Below are positions 54,052 through 64,000 of a DNA stretch of 64,000 nt, piece after piece. The translations under genes were made by a program, and so were the position numbers. The notes beneath the pieces are model-generated. The model made no database searches. It worked only from the letters and a program-made list of their open reading frames with translations, and was not told the DNA's origin. Within the stretch, counting starts at the first letter, position 1; each line of letters begins with the position of its first letter. This DNA is from Eledone cirrhosa (lineage: Eukaryota): positions 118,358,001-118,422,000 of the forward strand of contig OZ024741.1 in the NCBI GenBank assembly GCA_964016885.1, written 5' to 3'.

Positions 54052-55890
54052 GTAGGTCACACTATAACCACACGTATTGTTAACCAGGTAAAACTAGAAG
54101 GTGTCATACCAAAAGATTGGTGCAGTAGCATCATTGTCAACTGCTACAAAGGTAAAGGTGATGCATTAGATAGAGGAAACTATAGAGGTATAAAGCTGAT
54201 GGACCAAGTTATGAAAGTAACAGAAAGAGTTATAGCACAGTTGATTAGGGACCGGGTGAAACTAGATGAGATGCAATTTGGGTTTGTACCAGGAAGAGGC
54301 ACCACTGATGCCCTCTTCCTTGTGAGGCAGTTACAGGAAAAGAACCTAGCTAAAAGTAAGCCACTCTACCTGGCATTCGTCGATCTCGAGAAAGCTTTTG
54401 ATAGAGTTCCACGTACTGTAATCTGGTGGGCTCTTAGAAAACTAGGAGTAGATGAATGGCTTGTGAAAGCTGTACAAGCCATGTATAGGGGAGCAGTCAG
54501 CAAAGTTAGGATTAGCAATGAGTATAGCGAGGAATTTAGCGTACAGGTTGGTGTCCACCAGGGCTCTGTTCTTAGCCCTCTCCTGTTCATCATAGTCCTG
54601 CAGGCAATAACGGAGGAGTTTAAGACTGGATGCCCATGGGAACTCCTGTATGCTGATGACCTTGCACTTATAGCTGAATCTATGGTAGAACTAGTGAATA
54701 AATTCCAAACTTGGAAGCAGGGACTAGAAAGAAAGGGTCTCAAAGTCAACATGACAAAGACTAAGGTCCTTGTAAGTAGACGAGAAAACAGAACCCAGAT
54801 CCCCTCAGGGAAATGGCCTTGCTCAGTATGTAGGAAAGGTGTAGGTAGGAACTCCATTCTCTGCCCCAAATGCAAACAATGGGTACACAAGAGATGTAGC
54901 GGGATCTCAGGAAGCTTACTTAAGAATGTAGGCTTCACATGCAGCAGCTGTGCTGGGACAGCAAGCAACAAACAGCCACAGGAAACAAGTACCACCAATC
55001 TCTGGGAGGGCTCTGTAGAAACAGTAGACAGCTTCTGCTACCTAGGTGACCGAATTAGCAGCGGAGGTGGGGGTTCAGAAAGTACAATAACTAGGGTAAG
55101 AACGGGATGGAAGAAGTTCAGGGAACTACTGCCACTGCTAGCTGCAAAAGGCTTCTCCCTCAAAATGAAAGGCAGACTGTATGATGAGTGTATCCGAACA
55201 ACAATGTTACATGGTAGTGAGACCTGGGTGCTGAAGGTGGATTAGAAAGAAACGAAGCCTGCATGCTCCGATGGATGTGCAATAGTAATATACGCGAACG
55301 ACAAAGCATAAATGAATTGAGAGAGAGACTGAGCATAAGAGGAAACAAATGCTGTGTGCAGGAGAGGCGGTTGCGTTGGTATGGACATGTGATGCGTATG
55401 AAGGATGACAGCTGCATAAAAAGGTGCAGAGCACTAGAAGTCAATGGAAACCGCGGAGTGGGGAGACCCAAGAAGACCTGTGATGAGGTGATAAAAGCCG
55501 ACCTTACCCAATTACACCTCAAAGGCGATGACACATGACCGTGACCTCTGGCGTCACACAGTAATACAGAGTACCCGACCTCCCATGGGTACAAGCTGAA
55601 GCATATAGACAATGCCCCTCCCCCTCGCACTGTAAGGTGGTCGTGGAGGTGCCACGGCAAAAAAGCACCCAGCCCACACTGTAAAGTGGACGTGTAGGCG
55701 CCATGGAAAAAGCACCCTGCACTCACTGTAAACGAGGTTGGTGTTAGGAAGGGCATCTAGCTGTAGAAATCAAGCCAAAATCAGTTCCTGTATGAGCAAG
55801 GCATGGTCAGCCGACCAGACACTGCCCACAACAGGACAACCCGTCTAACCCATGCTAGCATGGAAGAACGGACGTAAAACGGTGATGATG
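54052..55890 (+). mobile_element. RTE-B copy, 5'-truncated, frameshifted near 55240
   Basis: VGHTITTRIVNQ..YADDL..PHD..; B 3'UTR and GAT tail. Confidence 0.96.
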
Positions 55891-55949
55891 ATCATGATTT
55901 ATATATATTTATTTATATATATTTATGTGTGTGTATTATATATATATAT

Positions 55950-57357
55950 AGAGCTTATACCACTATTAGCCGCTAAAGGGTTCTCCCTAAAAATGAAAGG
56001 CAGGCTGTATGATGCCTGCATACGAACAGCAATGTTGCATGGCAGTGAAACCTGGGCATTGTGTGCAGAGAATATACGCAGACTAGAGAGGAACGAAGCT
56101 TGCATGCTCCGCTGGATGTGTAATAGTAATATACACAAACGGAAAAGCATAAACGAACTAAGGAAAAAATTAGAAATAAGAGGGATCAGATGTTGTTTAC
56201 TCGAGAGAAGGCTATGTTGGTATGGTCACGTGATGCGCATGAAAGACGACAGCTGTATAAAACAGTGCAGGGCAATAAAGATAGACGGTAGCCACGGAGT
56301 AGGCAGACCCAGAAAAACCTGGGACGACCTGATAAATTCCGACCTCACACACTTACACCTCTCCAAGACAATGTCACTGGACCGAGATCTTTGGCGGTAC
56401 TCAGTAATAGAGAAGACCCGCCTTACCTAAATACAAAGTAAAACCTATTTGGTGAAAGATGTGTTGTTGTCACCAATTTGGTTGAAGATGTAAACTCCAA
56501 TTTAGCGGAGAAGTATTTAGAAGTTGGTAAGGTTGCCACGAGTAACCAGGTTTGGTAGAAAGATATAATAGGAATATCGACAACAACTTTTAGCTTGGTT
56601 TTACATTATTTATTAACAGAGGTTGAGCTGGCATGCCAAGAGAAATAAAATAATTCAATTAAGATTACAAGAGAAAATACGGTCGACTGGCTGAAGGCGT
56701 TTAGCCAGCTCCGTAGGAATGTTTTGTCGTTACATATTATTTGTGCTGGCGGAGCAAAAGAACAAGCGGTGTTTACTTAGCATGGTCAAGCCTGGAAGCA
56801 GTCTAGCCTGGAAGTCATCTAGCCTGGAAGTGGTAGCGTCCTCAAATCTATGCGGGCTATTTCTCCCTCAGAACGCGTAGGGATACATCCTCTTCTACTG
56901 GCGCTGATTGGCTGAGCTGAGCCAAATCACGCACAGAGAATGTATGTGAGCCCGCGGAATGTAGGTCACTACACCTACTACAGTCAGTAGGCATCTCTAA
57001 CAAAATACACCCCCGTCCCACCACCCCCATCCCATCCACACCGCCCCTTTCAATGTAAAGTTATGTTGGTGCCACAACATCCAGGCCGAAACAAATGAGA
57101 TCGTGTAGGTGTCACGACAAAAAACACACAGTCCACGCTGTAATGTGGCCGTGTAGGCAACACGGTAAAAACCTCCCAGACCCACACTGTAAATGCGGTT
57201 GGTGTTAGGAAGGGCATCCAGCTGTAGAAAACCCGCCAGACAGTCCTATGCGAGCAAGACAACCACTCTTGCCTCAAGTGGGAAAACTCCCGTCCAAACC
57301 CATGCAAGCGTGGAACATGGACGCTAAACGATGATGATGATGATGATGATGATGATG
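55950..57357 (+). mobile_element. RTE-A copy A5, 5'-truncated, 3'UTR interrupted by an insertion
   Basis: [16 protein letters not shown] (stop 56430); 3'UTR resumes at 56974; (GAT)n tail. Confidence 0.95.
56448..56973 (-). mobile_element. Solo-LTR-like insertion, 526 bp
   Basis: Flanked by CCTA duplication (56444-56447, 56974-56977); minus strand starts TGTAGTG, has CCAAT and AATAAA, and reaches TTTACA at 56489, followed by a 41-bp extension containing TGGTGAC. Confidence 0.6.
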
Positions 57358-57853
57358 GGTGTGTGTGTTTCTTTTAATATGTGCGTGCATGTATGTGTAT
57401 ATGCCTGTGTGTGTGTGTGTGCATATTGTACACAAATGTAGAGCACCTGGCAGATTGTTATATAGGAAGTTTAGTTTAGATTAGATATCAATTTTGCATA
57501 AGAAAGAGGAAAGAGTTTGTTTTGCATCTTATGTCAAATTGAATGAATGCATTTCTAGTATGTTAAGCCAAGGGTATTAAGGTAATCTCTTGCTGAAAAT
57601 ATTCTTAAATATCTTTGGTTAGATTCTATCATCATTGTCATTGTCATCATTGTTATTATCACAATTACATCACATCTTCCATTGCATGTTATAATGTAAT
57701 TCTTGCTAATTCTAACAGATTTCTGACTATTTTTCAACAAACAATCTCAATAATTCACTGATGTAGTTTCATCAGAGAAAATTTATAAAATTATGGTTTT
57801 CTCCAAAGAAAACACCTCCCAGAATCAAACAAAAATATCAAATACTAAATAAA

Positions 57854-58036
57854 TAATTGTTTCTACTTTAGGCACAAGGCCAGCAATTACCCAGTACATT
57901 ACTGGTACTTTATTTTATCGACCCCGTAAGGTTGAAAGGCAAAGTTAACCTCGCCGAGATTTGAACTCAGACTGTAAAGGGATCTAACTATGCTAGAAAG
58001 CATGGCGTCCGACCCTCTACCGATACTGCCAATCCA
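57854..58036 (-). mobile_element. tRNA-derived SINE with probable TSD
   Basis: Matches the 15778 family; AATACTAAATAAATAAT at 57841-57857 and 58044-58060. Confidence 0.88.
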
Positions 58037-58849
58037 TAATACTAATACTAAATAAATAATGCAATATATATATACACAGAAGCCGAAACTGCTTGGTGTT
58101 GTGGTCGGGATTTTACATATGTCATAATCATCATCATCATCACCGTTTTACGTCCAGTAAAAGAGTATATATATATGTATATATATATGTAGGAGGTGAG
58201 TTTTATTGTAGTACAATAAAGCAATGCAGATATCGGATAAGAAGCACTCTACAGTTTGTAGGACTGGAGTATACATAATATATAAGATCAAAAGATGGTT
58301 AAATGAGTTCCATGTATTTTATTATGCGCATTTCAAAAACAAATATCATGCAATAACATTTGTGTTTTCATCAGATAAAATAGGACATGATATGAAGGTT
58401 AAAAACACTTGTGGATAGTGCAGTTTTAAATCAACATATGAAAAGTAGTTTTAGATTGATGTGTGATATTGGGGGAAATTTTTTTTTTAAGAGGGGGGAG
58501 GTTGAAAAGGATGAAAAAGAGGAGGAGATGAGAGTAAAAAGTGGAGGGGGAGGAGTATAATGAGGAAGGATGAGATAGGAGGAGAGATGGCTGATAGAGA
58601 GAGAGAGATAGCTTTTATAACTGAGAAAAAATATATTGTTTTACATAGAGAGGTTGAAAAACCGTTGGAAGATAATGTATAAATTAAAAGAATTTGAAAA
58701 TTAATGAAGGGAAAAATATGTACGAGGAAAGAGAGGGAGTTGATATGTATGAAGATAGAGAGAAAAAATAATAATTGCGGATGAATATTCTAACGTCAAA
58801 AGGTGTATGTTTATAAGTATTGTGGCAATTTCAAAATTAACGGAGAGAA

Positions 58850-59072
58850 AAAAATTATTAAGGTTTGTGTGTAGAAGGATTTGAGAAAAATAATGTGAAG
58901 TTAAAGTTTGTATATTGAAGGAATTGATAATATGTGCGAAGAAAGAGTTAATATGTATTAAAAAATTATTAAGGTTTGTGTATTAGATGATTTGAGAAAA
59001 ATAATGGGAAGTTAAGGTTTGTATATTGAAGGAATTGATAATATGTGCGAAGAAAGAGTTAATATGTATTAA
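58850..59072. repeat. Direct repeat of about 110 bp, two copies
   Basis: AAAAATTATTAAGGTTTGTG..GAAGAAAGAGTTAATATGTATTAA occurs twice. Confidence 0.85.
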
Positions 59073-59400
59073 GAATGAGTTCGTTGATGGGGAGAAAAAA
59101 ATAATAAATTAAGGATGAAATTGAGATTAAAAAGTTTTATGAATTTAGAATCTTTTCTCAAAGGCACATATACATACACCTCTTTAAAATATACCCATCT
59201 TCTTACCTTACTTCAAAGGGCATTATACACTCTATAATACTTGTTTACTCATTACCCTCATTCTATCTTCACCTTGTAAAATCCTTCATAACATATACAT
59301 TTGTTTTTTTGACGTTAGAATATTCATCCGCAATTATTATTATTTTTTTCTCTCTATCATAAAACTTTTTAATCTCAATTTCATGATGATGATGATGATG

Positions 59401-62864
<3,464 letters not shown>

Positions 62865-63469
62865 TCAGGTCACCACTTGGTGCTACTGGTAACATGTATC
62901 CCAGTACAACCTGTCTCATGGTCGGGTCGTTGGCGACTAAACTGGCAACCCCACCAAGGTTTCTTGGTGAGGAGGGTGACTTTGACATCCTGCAGGACTA
63001 AAAACAAAACCTGTCGAAGGGCAAAGGAGCTCTTAAGAGTCAATGGCCATCCAAAATCACTGGGAGAGATGACCCCTTAGCCTTTGTCAAGGCAGAATTC
63101 TAAGAGAAGGAAAACTCTGATATAACACCTGCAACCCTGATGGTATCCAATGATGTTGACTTGTTCTTCTTTTTGGTAAATATCATCTTGGTTAAGAGAG
63201 TGGACTGGCTTTGTGCAGTGCCTTTGCTCACTATAAAAGCTTCACGGCACAGGCATTGCTTTATATCTGGAGATCTCTCTGCACTTGTCGTCACATGGTA
63301 CCATGGGCCCAGCACTATGTGTCAATAATTGTCACAAGTGTAGTGTTTGTACCAGAGTTTTCAAGTCGCTGGCTGGACTAAAAAGTCACACTCGTTCAGC
63401 GCATCGGTAGGGGTTCTCCTACATGGATATAAAGTAGTGGCCGTACTCGAAAACGAGTTGGCAGCCACC
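62865..63469 (+). mobile_element. Unclassified 600-bp insert in TA microsatellite, possibly an RTE 5'UTR-like fragment
   Basis: GC-balanced block with TA on both sides; GAGAAGGAAAACTCTGA and GGCGACTAAACTGGCAACCCCAC resemble RTE 5' regions from recall only. Confidence 0.35.
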
Positions 63470-63550
63470 ATATATATGTATATATGTATATATATGTGTG
63501 TATATATGTATATATATATGTGTATATATATACATATGTATATATATGTA

Positions 63551-63581
<31 letters not shown>

Positions 63582-63596
63582 ATATATATGTGTATA

Positions 63597-63639
<43 letters not shown>

Positions 63640-63823
63640 ATATATATATAATATGTGTGTGTATATATATATATGTGTATATATATATATGTGTGTATAT
63701 ATATATATATGTGTATGTATATATGTGTATATATATATGTATATATATATATATGTATATATATGTATATATATATATGTATATGTATATATATATATAT
63801 GTATATGTATATATATATATATG

Positions 63824-63870
<47 letters not shown>

Positions 63871-63933
63871 GTATATATGTGTATATATATATGTGTATAT
63901 ATATATGTATATATATATATATGTATATATATG

Positions 63934-63964
<31 letters not shown>

Positions 63965-64000
63965 GTATATATATATGTATATATATGTATATATATATAT
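63470..64000. repeat. (TA)nTG microsatellite running off the window
   Basis: Read directly. Confidence 0.96.

Overview
AT-rich animal genomic DNA, most likely a coleoid cephalopod (octopod-type SINEs, RTE LINEs and (TA)n tracts; the taxon is an inference). The window is almost all intron of a VAC14 gene on the + strand, with two coding exons (44063-44142, 44878-45034). The introns hold two young RTE-clade LINE families (here called A and B), kilobase (TA/TG) microsatellites, a 6-kb 17-bp satellite, hAT, piggyBac-like and Tc1-like elements, tRNA-derived SINEs, Penelope remnants and a solo-LTR-like insert. Four observations stand out. (1) A full-length RTE-B with an intact 1039-aa ORF has a 5' UTR of about 16 tandem 98-bp monomers and a base-precise 5' inversion (twin-priming signature). 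(2) A PHD finger sits inside the reverse transcriptase of both families. (3) Four independent co-oriented 'B - (TA)n - A' tandem pairs occur. (4) Nearly all RTE ends abut (TA)n, and all long TA tracts carry their G interruptions on the + strand. The long Y/I/C/M/V-rich ORFs in the track are microsatellite artefacts.
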